From the IMG/VR virus record IMGVR_UViG_3300033752_000161, positions 458 through 64,457 of that record: DNA of 64,000 bases. One strand, 5' to 3'. Within the stretch, counting starts at the first letter, position 1. Every line of letters starts with the position of its first letter. Below are positions 1-10,376 of the stretch, in pieces. The translations under genes and the position numbers were made by a program. Below the pieces are notes generated by a model, which did no database searches, had not been told where the DNA came from, and saw nothing but the letters and a program-made list of their open reading frames with translations. This stretch comes from a virus.

Positions 1-92
1 CCGAGTATGTACCGAGGAATACCACGAGGACAAAAATAATAAAGGCGCTCCGCCAGGTGGACCCCAACGTAAGCGCCGCTGATTTCTGTTAA
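1..92 (+). CDS. C-terminal fragment of a small XRE-like HTH regulator (partial, runs off the window)
   Basis: Frame from nt 3 reads EYVPRNTTRTKIIKALRQVDPNVSAADFC*, resembling C-termini of small Bacillales phage HTH proteins found next to lysins. Confidence 0.55.
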   Translation, partial: EYVPRNTTRTKIIKALRQVDPNVSAADFC

Positions 93-148
93 GTAGCGTA
101 TGCAACGCACCGTCCGAAAAATGCAAGTACGACGATGTAATACGCAAA

Positions 149-937
149 TTATTCCGCGGGCAGTCCCGCCGCCTTACGCAGCTCGTTCGCGAGCCAGTGG
201 ATGTAATCGGCTTGTTCTTTGTTCCCCGCGTCGTTCGCTTCTTTCCAAGACGGCGACATCCACGTATTGATGATCGTTTGAGCCACGCCTTTATCAAGCG
301 CCACGTCTTCCGCCTCCTTTGCGCTTGTGCATTGTGCATAAAATTCCGCGTCCATAACGTTAATGTCGACGGTTCCGATGATTCCAGCGCAAGCCCCCGT
401 TTCCGAATATTGGAACACGGACCATCGATTCCATAACGGATTGCTCATCGGTTGCTTGACGCCGTAATGCGCAATCCATAGCGGGAACTCCGCCAGCTTA
501 GCGCCGCAATAGGTTCTCGCAAAGCTTGCGCCGGTATAAAGCATGACGCTCCGATCGGTTCTGTTCTTAACCTCGCTAAGCCATTCGTATGCCCATGCAG
601 TCACCGCGCTAGCACCGATATTAGCCGCTTTTCCTTCGAGGTCGAGAACATGCGGAAGCGACGATGGATACTCGCTAACCGCTGATAAAAAAGCGTTAAC
701 CTCGGAGGCCGCGCTGTTTAATTCGGGATGTGCGTAGTGATAAAATCCGATCGGAAGACCAGCCGCATGCGCTTCGGCGGCGTTACGTTGGAATTGCGGG
801 TCGACGTATCCAACGCCGTCTGTCGCTTTGATAAACGCAAATTTGACGCCGGCAGAAGCTACTTGCGGCCAGTTAACAATTCCTTGATGGCGGCTAACGT
901 CAATTCCCGGTAAGTCTTTCTCTGTTATCGCTTGCAT
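149..937 (-). CDS. Endolysin, GH25 muramidase
   Basis: GIDVSRHQG, FIKATDG, LDLEG, LWIAHY and FQYS...VDIN motifs; position after holins. Confidence 0.93.
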   Translation of the reverse strand: MQAITEKDLPGIDVSRHQGIVNWPQVASAGVKFAFIKATDGVGYVDPQFQRNAAEAHAAGLPIGFYHYAHPELNSAASEVNAFLSAVSEYPSSLPHVLDLEGKAANIGASAVTAWAYEWLSEVKNRTDRSVMLYTGASFARTYCGAKLAEFPLWIAHYGVKQPMSNPLWNRWSVFQYSETGACAGIIGTVDINVMDAEFYAQCTSAKEAEDVALDKGVAQTIINTWMSPSWKEANDAGNKEQADYIHWLANELRKAAGLPAE

Positions 938-945
938 GGTATGCG

Positions 946-1236
946 TTATACTCCCGTATTACTGCCGTCAGACTTTGTTCCGCCTCCGCCGCCCGTGCTA
1001 TTCTTCGTGTAGTGGTATGCGCCACTCGCCGTTAAGCCGATAACGCAAATCAGCGTAACTTTCGATTGGATTTCGTCAGGAACGAGCACGAACACGGCCG
1101 CGATAAACAGCGCAAAGACAGGCGCAAGTTTTCCGACGGTGGCCTCGTATTTGGTCCCGGCCCCAAACGCTTTGATTACGCCGACAATCGCTGCCACCAG
1201 CGCAGCCAGCGTTAAAATATCGTTCGTCATTTCCAT
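946..1236 (-). CDS. Holin
   Basis: Small protein with about three hydrophobic helices and GLTASGAY, directly upstream of the lysin. Confidence 0.75.
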   Translation of the reverse strand: MEMTNDILTLAALVAAIVGVIKAFGAGTKYEATVGKLAPVFALFIAAVFVLVPDEIQSKVTLICVIGLTASGAYHYTKNSTGGGGGTKSDGSNTGV

Positions 1237-1242
1237 TTTGCG

Positions 1243-1443
1243 TCACTCCTTATCGGTGATCCGGTCTTTTAGTTCGCGAATCTCCGAAATGATTACATCG
1301 TACTTATCGGAAAACTTATCGAGCAATGCTTGGAGGCGGGATTCGCGCTCCTTATTCGCCTTCATGACGTAGACGAGCAGCCAGACAAACAAAACCGCAA
1401 ACGGGCCTTGCGTTAGAAAGTATTTCATAATATCGGTTTCCAC
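1243..1443 (-). CDS. BhlA/UviB-family holin-like peptide
   Basis: TQGPFAVLFVWLLVYVMKANKERESRL signature. Confidence 0.88.
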   Translation of the reverse strand: METDIMKYFLTQGPFAVLFVWLLVYVMKANKERESRLQALLDKFSDKYDVIISEIRELKDRITDKE

Positions 1444-1461
1444 GCGCTGCCCTCCGTTTCT

Positions 1462-2430
1462 TCATTTTGGGATACCGTAATAATTCGCTTTCTTCATAAA
1501 TAACGCCACATAGCGAAAGTCCTCGCGGGTTATCGTTTCGCCGCGATCGTACTTTTCCGCCAGGTTAACCCAAAATTCCGGCGTATCAATCACGCGCCCG
1601 CACGATTTCTCGCAAATCTGGCGTATGGTATCGCGTATATCCATTGCGTCGAAGTCCGGTTCTGCCACGTCAAAAGGTGCGCTTAAATCGAGTATCGGCC
1701 ACGGATATCCGCCATAACGCGTGCATTGGCGGAGATAGGCGCGGGTTTCATCGACGCTTAGCCTTCGCCCAAGCGCTCGTTCGGCGTAGTCGCGAATCAA
1801 GAGCGCGGCGGCCGTAACGTGCGGCGCTGCCTGCGAGGTTCCGGATAGTGTCACAAAGTTTCCATACAGCGATGATGATTCAACGTCAACGCCCGGCGCT
1901 AAGCATGTGAGGTTTGCGTTCGTATTTGTAAAGGCGGCAATCTTTCCGGAACGGTCAATCGCGCCAACTTCGATTACGCGTGGATCTCCTCCGGGAAAAA
2001 CGTACTCATCCGTATCGATTCGGCCGTCACCGTTATTGCCCGAGGCCGCAACGATTGGCACGCCGGCGTCGATTGCGTATTGCACGGCGCTTTGCAGGCC
2101 GACGTTATTGTACAGCGTCGAATAGGATACGTTAATCACGTCAGCCCCGCCATCGACCGCGCACCGAATCGCGGAGGGAAGCCCGCCGCATGCGTCGATT
2201 TTTACCGCAAGAATACGGCAATCCGGCGCTATGGACGCGATGATTCCCGCGACATGCGTGCCGTGTCCGTCCGTATCCGTAAAGTCTACGGAACCACCGA
2301 TTACACGGCCGGATAGCAAGCGATGGCTTGCGTCAACCCCCGTATCGACAACGGCGGCTATGCGGCCCTTTCCGGTCGAGCGCGGATAAAACGAAGGAGC
2401 GCCGATATACTCAGCGCCCCAACTAGACAT
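1462..2430 (-). CDS. S8 subtilisin-like serine protease without signal peptide or prodomain
   Basis: Catalytic motifs VVDTG, HGTHVAG and GTSQAAPHV, plus oxyanion ASGN. Start moved to ATG 2430 because the upstream frame is occupied by an XkdX-like gene. Confidence 0.88.
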   Translation of the reverse strand: MSSWGAEYIGAPSFYPRSTGKGRIAAVVDTGVDASHRLLSGRVIGGSVDFTDTDGHGTHVAGIIASIAPDCRILAVKIDACGGLPSAIRCAVDGGADVINVSYSTLYNNVGLQSAVQYAIDAGVPIVAASGNNGDGRIDTDEYVFPGGDPRVIEVGAIDRSGKIAAFTNTNANLTCLAPGVDVESSSLYGNFVTLSGTSQAAPHVTAAALLIRDYAERALGRRLSVDETRAYLRQCTRYGGYPWPILDLSAPFDVAEPDFDAMDIRDTIRQICEKSCGRVIDTPEFWVNLAEKYDRGETITREDFRYVALFMKKANYYGIPK

Positions 2431-2554
2431 AATCATCGCCTGTAATCGCTTTGAACTGGTCAGCGGTGATCCATCCGGCCCGGACAAAGACCTGGACGTC
2501 GGCCTTTGAGTACAGACCATCGTTATAATATTCGCTAATCCAATTGAACCACAT
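2423..2554 (-). CDS. XkdX-family small protein (43 aa, not in ORF track)
   Basis: MWFNWISEYYNDGLYSKADVQVFVRAGWITADQFKAITGDDYV is the typical XkdX pattern; coupled to the upstream stop. Confidence 0.8.
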   Translation of the reverse strand: MWFNWISEYYNDGLYSKADVQVFVRAGWITADQFKAITGDDYV

Positions 2555-2931
2555 CAGGCTCCACCTCCGAGTTGGGCAAGCTGCAACATGATCTGTGCGT
2601 TTTGCTCCTTTAAGTCCGCTACTTGCTCTGTGAGCGGCTTTTGGTATACTGGGGGCTGCTCTGGCTGGGCAGTGTCGGGGTACGAAAAGACGATAGTTTT
2701 TGTTGCAACATCGACTTTGTATCCGTTACATTGGGCAAAATCGTCGGCATACTGTCCGTATTCCAACTGGATGTAATCGACGGTATCCCGTACCCTCTCT
2801 TGTAATACCGCATAAGTCGCAAAGTCTTCATCGACTGATGTTTCCGTTACTGCTCCCCAACGTTCACCTGTATCCAGAATCGGATTTCCTGTTGCTTTAT
2901 CATAATAAATTTTTCTTCCAATTTGAGCCAT
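2554..2931 (-). CDS. Tail fibre-associated hypothetical protein
   Basis: RBS present; lies between tail fibre and XkdX-like gene. Confidence 0.6.
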   Translation of the reverse strand: MAQIGRKIYYDKATGNPILDTGERWGAVTETSVDEDFATYAVLQERVRDTVDYIQLEYGQYADDFAQCNGYKVDVATKTIVFSYPDTAQPEQPPVYQKPLTEQVADLKEQNAQIMLQLAQLGGGA

Positions 2932-2948
2932 TTAAACCATCTCCTTCC

Positions 2949-4067
2949 CTATTCGCAGGCATACCAGTAAACTACTGTGCCTACCGGAATATTCAAACCT
3001 GCCGAAAATCCACTACTGGTTATGCCCCATCCCACAGTGTTAACGTATACCGATCCGCCGGGATAAATTTGGTAATCGTTGGTTCCATTGCTGTTCGGAT
3101 GATAGGACTTCTTGCTGTGCAGTGAGCCGTTGTACCACATAACCAAAATAATTAGTCGCGGTTGAAATCTGAGACCAGAAACCGAAAACGTAATATTGCC
3201 GCCAGTAGAAGGTGTATTACTTCCTTCCGCGTACCGTTTTGCAGTGCCAGATACACCGAAAATGCTACCGCGAATGTTATCCGGTATAAGGTTCGCGTCC
3301 TGGATACCCATGATATTTGCGTCCCAGTACCCCGCGGAGTATTGAACATCCACCGCAGAATCTCCGTTTGAATTTGACCACGGAACAATTCTCCAGCCCG
3401 TATTGACCGGCATGCTGCCTGTATATTTTGCCCCCTGTCGGTAATAAGTCTTGCCTGATTTTACGTCAGGGTCTGTAGCGGTCGCATCAGCGGTAAAATT
3501 ACCCTGCACGTTAAAAATATTAGCCCCGGCTTTGATATTTCCCGGGATCAGGTCCGTGTCCTGTATCTGCACGCCGACCCCCGCGCCGCCAGTCCAGTAT
3601 CCCGCTGGCACAGGTACATATACTTGGGTATTGGAGTCGCCATTTGTCCATCCGGCAATATCCTCCAGACCGTTATGGATCGGCATGGTTCCGGTTTGCT
3701 TGCTCCCGCCCTGGTAAAACGTCTTCCCCGAGAGCACATCTCCCGGCCCCGCGGTTGCGTCGGACGAGATTGCTCGGATAGCCGTTGCCAACTCGTCGAA
3801 TGTCATCGATCCATTCGCTAATTGATTCATGTCAGCAATGGCGTCGGCAACCGTTATTTTCCCATCACTGACATTTTGAAAAAGCTCGTTTACTGCATTA
3901 ACCAGGTTCGATTTATCCGTTGTCCTTAACGTCGACTTGTCGCCGACATCCGCTTGCTTCGCTGCGTTCGTGTCAACCGCGTCAACGAACGCATTATGAT
4001 TAGCTAAGTTAAAATTATCCGTTGACTCCGGCCGCGGAAGGCCGAGTCGAGGCGTTGTTGTCGCCAT
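2949..4067 (-). CDS. Tail fibre / receptor-binding protein
   Basis: N-terminal TTPRLGLPRP...DNFN, KSTLRTTDKSNLVNAVNELF, and two DATA..DV.SGKT.Y....K.TG.MP repeats; follows baseplate genes. Confidence 0.78.
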   Translation of the reverse strand: MATTTPRLGLPRPESTDNFNLANHNAFVDAVDTNAAKQADVGDKSTLRTTDKSNLVNAVNELFQNVSDGKITVADAIADMNQLANGSMTFDELATAIRAISSDATAGPGDVLSGKTFYQGGSKQTGTMPIHNGLEDIAGWTNGDSNTQVYVPVPAGYWTGGAGVGVQIQDTDLIPGNIKAGANIFNVQGNFTADATATDPDVKSGKTYYRQGAKYTGSMPVNTGWRIVPWSNSNGDSAVDVQYSAGYWDANIMGIQDANLIPDNIRGSIFGVSGTAKRYAEGSNTPSTGGNITFSVSGLRFQPRLIILVMWYNGSLHSKKSYHPNSNGTNDYQIYPGGSVYVNTVGWGITSSGFSAGLNIPVGTVVYWYACE

Positions 4068-4079
4068 AGGTCACGCTCC

Positions 4080-4640
4080 TTACGGTTGATATGCTTCGTA
4101 TTGCGCCCACGTCTCGCCGAGCGCGTCAATGTCAGCCCACGTCTGCCCTCGCGAATCAACCTCGCTCCACGTTGCGTAGGTAAATACGAAGTCTATCGCT
4201 AAGTGTGCCGGAACAATCTCGCGGAGTGCATTTTGGATATCCGTCATATTCGAGGGCCGCCCGTATGTGGAAACGAATCGTACGGCAATCGTATAATTCG
4301 CATTGTCCTCGGTTACCTCGACTTCGCCGTTGTTATACGATTCAGCCACGTTTTTAATCAGCGCTACGGTAACGGTTCCCACGCCACGGAGCCTCGCTTT
4401 AATTGCGCTACGCCGCTGGTCGTAGGGCTTCGTTTCGTCCGTTTTAATCCCGCAAATACGCTCCCAATTCGCAAGCCCCCACGTTGCCGTGTCGACGAAA
4501 AATTGCGCAAGCACATCCGCAATCGCCGCGTTCAAATCGGATACCTCTGCGGATTCTTGGTCGAGGAGATTGCCGACGATACGCGAATCATCGTAATAGC
4601 GCGGGAGGTAATCGCTCATACGCTGGCGATAGTCGGTCAT
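4080..4640 (-). CDS. Baseplate protein, XkdU/YmfQ (DUF2313) family
   Basis: QFFVDTATWGLANWE and REIVPAHL motifs. Confidence 0.85.
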   Translation of the reverse strand: MTDYRQRMSDYLPRYYDDSRIVGNLLDQESAEVSDLNAAIADVLAQFFVDTATWGLANWERICGIKTDETKPYDQRRSAIKARLRGVGTVTVALIKNVAESYNNGEVEVTEDNANYTIAVRFVSTYGRPSNMTDIQNALREIVPAHLAIDFVFTYATWSEVDSRGQTWADIDALGETWAQYEAYQP

Positions 4641-5689
4641 GTCAGCGTCACGCTCCCGATAACCGCCACGCTACCGTCCGCTATCGTAATATTCGCAGTG
4701 CCGCCGTTTACCGTCAGATTTGCGTAGTCCAATACGCCGTCTACGTCGAGGATGACGTTGGCGATCTGCGAATAGCGTACGATCGGGTCGACGAACGCCA
4801 GCGTCTTCAGATACGCAACGATTCCGGTTTCAATCGCTCCTTGTACATCAGCGACCGTTTTCCCCGTATCGAGCGTCAGCGTAGCGCTAACATTAATCGG
4901 GACTTCCGTCGCACCGACGACCGTAACCGTAGCGCCGACCGGACGGACGCTTTCGATATGGTCCGCTACGGACGTAACGAGGGAAGCGTCAGGAGCAGTC
5001 TTATCCGTATCGAGGAGTACGACTTTAACCGTACCTGGTCCGTTCCAAACCTCCGTTACCTTGGCGTCAGATATTCCGCTAACTTCGAGCGCCCATTGGC
5101 GGTATTGATTCGCGTTGCCCGACGTCGCCGGACGTCGTACATAATCGAGGTATCGCGCGAGTAAATCCGCGTCTGACTCCGTATCGACACCACCCGTAAA
5201 GTCAGCCGGATTTGTAACGTTAATCACTCCGGAAAGGGTTCCGGTGACCCGCGTAATCGTTCCGACTGCGACGTTGCCCGCCGCTCCCGCTGTCTCGGCC
5301 TCCGCTGTCACCGTGGCGTTTCCGCCTGAAATCGTTCCTGACGTAGTTGTAACGAAGTAAATCGGGATGGCATCAGCGGTAGAGCAGCGCGTTCCCGCAG
5401 GTATTACCGTGCCGTTTGCGCCGGTAAATTTAAGCGAGCCCGTCGCTTTTACCGCTGGTTTGCGAGTAACGCCGTGCTCGCCTACGCGCCGGTCCAAATA
5501 CGTGCCGTATGTCGTGTCTGCGAATCCGAATTTTATGTTGTTATCGAGGTTAGCGTAAGCGAGCGCGAGTTCGATCGCTGCCGGCGAAAGCAAGTCGTAT
5601 GTCGGCGCTCCCTGCCGCTTATCGATATCGGCGGGCGAGGCGTCAAGCATGCGCTGCAATATCGCTGTTTTCGTCTGGTCTTCATACAT
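4637..5689 (-). CDS. Baseplate J protein (XkdT-like)
   Basis: GGVDTESDADL, PATSGNANQYRQWA and WNGPGTVKV motifs. Confidence 0.92.
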   Translation of the reverse strand: MYEDQTKTAILQRMLDASPADIDKRQGAPTYDLLSPAAIELALAYANLDNNIKFGFADTTYGTYLDRRVGEHGVTRKPAVKATGSLKFTGANGTVIPAGTRCSTADAIPIYFVTTTSGTISGGNATVTAEAETAGAAGNVAVGTITRVTGTLSGVINVTNPADFTGGVDTESDADLLARYLDYVRRPATSGNANQYRQWALEVSGISDAKVTEVWNGPGTVKVVLLDTDKTAPDASLVTSVADHIESVRPVGATVTVVGATEVPINVSATLTLDTGKTVADVQGAIETGIVAYLKTLAFVDPIVRYSQIANVILDVDGVLDYANLTVNGGTANITIADGSVAVIGSVTLT

Positions 5690-6162
5690 TACATCGTCAC
5701 CTCCTCGGTGATAACGCCCTCAACGGTGGATACGTCAAATGAAACGTATAGCTTATCGCCCTCTCGCGTGATAGCGAAATTGCCAACGTCTCTTATGCGA
5801 TCATCGTAAATTAGCGCTTCGGTAATAATTCGCGGAATTTCCGTTCGCAAAAATTCCTGCGTCACATCTTGGTCGATTAAATCGCTCAGCTCGCTACCAT
5901 ACAGCGAGTTGTAAATCATGTGGCGGAATCGCGGCGTTATCAACGCTTTTCGGACGACTTGCCGAACCGCGTCCACTCCGTCAATTATGCCGCCGATTTC
6001 GAATGCGTCCGTATCCGTAATGTCATACGTGACGAGCGTTGCCGATTGCGTAGTCTCCGTTCGCGTAATCGGTTCGAATATCGAGTATGTCCGCGAGGTC
6101 TGCGGCTTTGTAGACGCTGCGATTACGCGCGTACTACCGCCGCCTTGCGGTTTCAGCGCCAT
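5689..6162 (-). CDS. XkdS-like (DUF2634) baseplate wedge protein
   Basis: KALITPRFRHMIYNSLYGSEL and EALIYDDRI motifs. Confidence 0.85.
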   Translation of the reverse strand: MALKPQGGGSTRVIAASTKPQTSRTYSIFEPITRTETTQSATLVTYDITDTDAFEIGGIIDGVDAVRQVVRKALITPRFRHMIYNSLYGSELSDLIDQDVTQEFLRTEIPRIITEALIYDDRIRDVGNFAITREGDKLYVSFDVSTVEGVITEEVTM

Positions 6163-6518
6163 TATTCACCGCCTCCCACGATTGCCTTATCGAGTATTAC
6201 GTATGTCTGGCCGTCGTTCATCGACGCGATAATCACACGGTCGCCGGCCGCAAGATTCGAACGGAACGTAATCGTCGAATCGGCCCCGCCATCTATCGAG
6301 ACTGTGCGTGTGTGCTCCGTCAAATGCTCGGCGACGACTAAATCGCTTCCATCGAGGTCAATCGGCGAATTATCCAGTTGTATTTTAAGCGAGGGAGGGG
6401 CGGCAATTACCGTGGCGAGTTCGTATCGATCATAGTCGTTGTATCCGAGTTTGCGAATCATCTGCGCTAACTTTGCGCTACCCGAGCCTTGCAAGTGCTG
6501 CGTTGACATCAATGCCAT
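6162..6518 (-). CDS. XkdR-like (DUF2577) baseplate protein
   Basis: LATVIAAPPSLKI and LAAGDRVII...GQTYVILDK motifs; synteny. Confidence 0.8.
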   Translation of the reverse strand: MALMSTQHLQGSGSAKLAQMIRKLGYNDYDRYELATVIAAPPSLKIQLDNSPIDLDGSDLVVAEHLTEHTRTVSIDGGADSTITFRSNLAAGDRVIIASMNDGQTYVILDKAIVGGGE

Positions 6519-7548
6519 CGGTGGTACCGCCCCCTTTCGCGTTCTGTTTTTTCTGCGTGACAGACGTCGGATCGTTATATTTCAGCGCAGGCAAATCGTC
6601 CGTTGCTGACAGGCGCAGAGACATCGTATGGTTCCCGTTTTCGTAGCGGTGCGAATCGGTCGAAACGTAGTACGCACCGGCAATTTGCGTTATCGAGTCG
6701 TAAGCGTAAACGGAAACGCCAGCGATACAATCCGGGTAACCGAGCGTATCGATATGCGCCTCGTCTGCGATAACCGCCTTTTCCGCGAGAAGGCTGCGCG
6801 CCCGGTCATCGATTTCGGATTGCGTTTTATCCGCGTCAACGATTTCCACGTGCTGCATGACGCCGAACTTCGCGATTAAATCGTCATCTTTGGCGAACGC
6901 AGAAATCGGATTCTTTTCCTCGTCGCCACCGATAACCTTAATCTGCGTGCGCATATCCTCGATGGATTTGCGATAGGTTGCGCCGGTCAAGTTCGTTCCA
7001 TTTTCGAGCACATACGGAAATACCGTCGCTGACCGCTTCGTAAGATACAGCGCGCCGTTTTTCGACGAAATAAAAAAGCGCTCGCCCGTTTGCTTTTGCG
7101 TAACGGTCAGCGCTGTTGTCATCATATCCCATAATGTCATGTTGCGCAGGATTAACTTTGGAATAATATACCCGGTGTCCGCGATACTTCCGATGTTTAC
7201 GCCGAAATCGTTGCATAACGTCTCAACGATGGCCGACGCTTTGACGCTCGTAAACTTTCGGGAATCGGCGTTTTTCATGAGGTAAATATTCTCATCGTAA
7301 ACCGTTACGGACATATTGCCGGCCGCGTCAATCTCGCTCGTGAAGACGAATCCGCGAAAGTATTCCGTGCCATCCTCGTAGAAAATGATTTCCTTTCCGA
7401 GATCAACCGTAACGGCTTGCGATATGCCGTCGATCGTATTTTTCAGCGTCAATTCGAGCGTGCGATACGGCTGCATTACATCGCCGGACCATACCGCGGA
7501 CTGAATGAGCGGCGTAATATCGGTATCGTCGTAAATTACCGTAATCAT
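6478..7548 (-). CDS. XkdQ/YqbQ-like tail hub protein
   Basis: WSGD....RTLEL, YDENIYLMKN and IGSIADTGYII motifs. Confidence 0.85.
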   Translation of the reverse strand: MITVIYDDTDITPLIQSAVWSGDVMQPYRTLELTLKNTIDGISQAVTVDLGKEIIFYEDGTEYFRGFVFTSEIDAAGNMSVTVYDENIYLMKNADSRKFTSVKASAIVETLCNDFGVNIGSIADTGYIIPKLILRNMTLWDMMTTALTVTQKQTGERFFISSKNGALYLTKRSATVFPYVLENGTNLTGATYRKSIEDMRTQIKVIGGDEEKNPISAFAKDDDLIAKFGVMQHVEIVDADKTQSEIDDRARSLLAEKAVIADEAHIDTLGYPDCIAGVSVYAYDSITQIAGAYYVSTDSHRYENGNHTMSLRLSATDDLPALKYNDPTSVTQKKQNAKGGGTTDGIDVNAALARLG

Positions 7549-8228
7549 GCCGGAATCACCAACGCCGTCCCCGGCTTAATCAGATTCGGATCAGGCCCGA
7601 TGACGTCAGCGTTTGCGTCGTAAATCTTGCGCCATTGGTCTGCATTATCGTAAACGTCCGCACGCGCCGCAATCTTCATCAAAAAGTCGCCGGCCTGCAC
7701 GATATACGGATTCACCTTTTGTATATCGTTAGGACGCGTATCACTGCCGGGCGTAATCGTTGTCGTGCCGGCCGAATCGGTAACCTCCGAAACCTTGCGC
7801 AAAGTGACGAAACGGAACTCCTTGAACGTAGCGGTAAAATAGATATCACCGGGAGATCCCGCACGTTCGGCGTCAATTTCCAATCTGCGCAGGGTTACCG
7901 CCTTGTTGATCGGCGTTCCCGTAATCGTCAATCGCATAGGTTTTCCGCTGGTCTGCCATTTGCGGATTAAACTTTCGCATTCCCACGGCGTCGGGAAATT
8001 CGCGTACTCGCAATATGACGGATTGTAGTCACGAGGAAAAAACGACGAGAACGTTAACTCCGGCATTTGCTCGTTGCCAATCACGGTAAATTCGCCAAGC
8101 TGCGTTACTTGGATATCCTCGTATCCATGGGTTGCCGAAACGGAAATTGTCTCGGGATTTACCGGGAGGCGGAGCTTTTCAGCGCCGTTGTTGAACGAGA
8201 GCCAGAATTGAATCGCATTATCCGCCAT
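7545..8228 (-). CDS. XkdP-like LysM tail protein
   Basis: LRLPVNPE N-terminus and C-terminal LysM (YIVQAGDFL..IA...WRKIYDAN...PNLIKPG). Confidence 0.88.
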   Translation of the reverse strand: MADNAIQFWLSFNNGAEKLRLPVNPETISVSATHGYEDIQVTQLGEFTVIGNEQMPELTFSSFFPRDYNPSYCEYANFPTPWECESLIRKWQTSGKPMRLTITGTPINKAVTLRRLEIDAERAGSPGDIYFTATFKEFRFVTLRKVSEVTDSAGTTTITPGSDTRPNDIQKVNPYIVQAGDFLMKIAARADVYDNADQWRKIYDANADVIGPDPNLIKPGTALVIPA

Positions 8229-8229
8229 A

Positions 8230-10373
8230 TCAGCTTACACCTCCGGCTACCGTAAATAATCTGCGTGCCAATGCGTCGGCAATCGCGTCGATATCCGATT
8301 CCTGGCGCACGACAAACGTATTTCCCGTTACGACTACGCTACCGCCATTACCGCGCTTACTCGCCTCGCCGTCGGTCAGCACGCGCTCATCCTTGTGTAG
8401 CAGCGCGGGATAACCGTTGTACGGAACGCGAGAAAGGCCGCCCGCGTGACTGCTGAATCGCGCAGGATTGACGTAGATCGTTCCGTCACTACCCGGCAAC
8501 AAAGCCCCGCTAGATTGCGTGCCGTTTGCGCCAGAATGGAGATTCTCGTAAGGTTTCTTCGACGATCCACCGCCACTTCCACCGAGAACCCCCGCGCCAA
8601 CTGCAGCCGTACCGAGGAATCCAGCGGCAGCCCCTGCGATGGCCCCCACCGCTCCAAAACGAGCGCCAGCGAGCGCTCCGGTTCCTGCTCCGAGGACTAA
8701 CGATAACAGCGGATGGCTTGCGACCATTTGCTGTAGACCTTTCGCTACCCCCGAACCGATACTCTTGCCGATATCGATGGCCGCGGTTGTTATCGGACCG
8801 GATGACGCGCTGATACCGGCCGCGATCGTAGACGTAACGTTCGTTGCAATATCCGTTAGTAGCGACTGCCCCGACGAAGCGTACCACGCCCTAAACGTAC
8901 CCATCAGGTCGCCGATAATGAACTGCACTTTGCCCTCGATGTCCGGAATACGCGTGAAGTCGGGATTATTAAGAAAATGCGATTTAACATAGGTGAAAGC
9001 GCCCTCGAATTTCTTCGCAATCCAATCGGCGGCACCTTGCGCAGCGCTCGCTATCCGTTTACCCCAACGATCAATAGCGTCACCGTTTGTATCGATCCAC
9101 TTCACGATCTGCTCGAAGCGTGGCTTTAACGCGGCGGCAATACCGTTGCCCCACTGAACGAGAAGTTTGTTATTAAACGTATCCTTCATCGTCGACCAGA
9201 GCCCTTGTAGCGAGTGTGATTGCTTTTCCATCATATCGGGAAATTTCTTGTTCATGCCTTCGATAAGTGCGCTAATCGCTTTGTCGGCGGGAATCAAGCC
9301 CTTTTCGGACATCTTCATGACTTGCGCTGTCGTAACGCCCATCTTATCGGCGAGCATTTGCCACGCTGGAATGCCGGCTTCCGTGAGTTGTAACCGTGAA
9401 ACCCCGTGTTTCCACGAGCACAGACTATATCATGGCCTGCGTGAGGCCCCTTGCGCTTCGGACGGTAGCTCAACTTCCGCCCTACTCCTTTCGGATAGTC
9501 GTTACACCTTCCGGAATAATTCCGGCTTGGCACGGTATTGCCCTCGTCTTTACGTTAGGGTTCCACCGTTAGCAGGCCAAATTAAGCGGCCCACACCCAC
9601 GAGCAATATGGTTCACAAGGTTTATTTTTGCTACTGTCGCCAATAGCCGAGACTGTACACTCAATCTCATCACCGCTAACTTTCGCTTTCGCCTGCATTT
9701 GGCCAAGAGCGAGCGTGATCCGGTCGATCCCGTCCTGGCCGAGTCCCAATCCGGACGCTGCGTTACCGACCGCTGTCAACATCGGGAGGACTTTTTCAGC
9801 GCTGAATCCGAACGCCAGCAACCGCTTGGACGAGTCTCTTAATTGCGGGAGCTCGAACGGTGTCGTATTCGCAAATTCCGTTAAATCGGCGAGAAACTTC
9901 GACGCTTTATCCGCGCTCCCGAGCATAGTGGTAAAGCCGATCATCGATTGTTCCGCGTCAGACGAGAGCTTCATCGCTTGTGCCGTTAGCACCCCGCCAG
10001 CCGCCGCTGTGCCGAGAGCCGCATACTTCGCGAAATCAAATATGCCGCCTACAGCCCCGCTAACCATGCCGCCGAGTTTACCGGGGACAGCCTCGACAGT
10101 TTTGCGTATAGAGCCGCGCAGTTTATCGAAGGATGAGCGTGTTTTATCGTTCTCACTACGTACCCTCCGGCTGGACGACGCAAATTTATCGCTCTTGTCG
10201 CTCGCCATGCTCAGCGCAAACGCCGCCAGTTCCGACTTTTGCTCGACGACTCCGAACGTTTTCGCCAGTTCCTCCGCAACCTTATCCGCCTTTTTTAGGC
10301 GCTCTTCAACGGAGCGTAATTTCGGCGACATCAAATCCTGTAGCGTAATTTTCGCTTTTAATTCGTAGGCCAA
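8230..10373 (-). CDS. Tape measure protein in two exons (10373-9664 and 9394-8230), 624 aa after splicing
   Basis: Exon 1 has the tape-measure motif FANTTPFEL...GQMQAKAKVSGDE. Joining AT|G restores KVSGDEMLQLTEAGIPAWQMLADKMG in frame with ORF 8230..9357. Confidence 0.9.
9395..9663 (-). ncRNA. Group I self-splicing intron (269 nt, no homing endonuclease ORF)
   Basis: The 5' exon ends in U (GAGAU) and pairs with the internal guide GUCUC through a U-G wobble. R and S elements ACGACUAUC and GAUAUAGUC form P7, the intron ends in G, and excision restores the reading frame exactly. Confidence 0.92.
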
Positions 10374-10376
10374 CGA

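Noticed and set aside
65-75. CAACGTAAGCG repeated at 63182-63192 as a possible integrase arm site
   Set aside because: The left copy lies inside a coding fragment and the left att is not in the window; likely chance.
8230-10373. Tape-measure pseudogene or frameshift
   Set aside because: The interruption is a precise group I intron; splicing restores the ORF.
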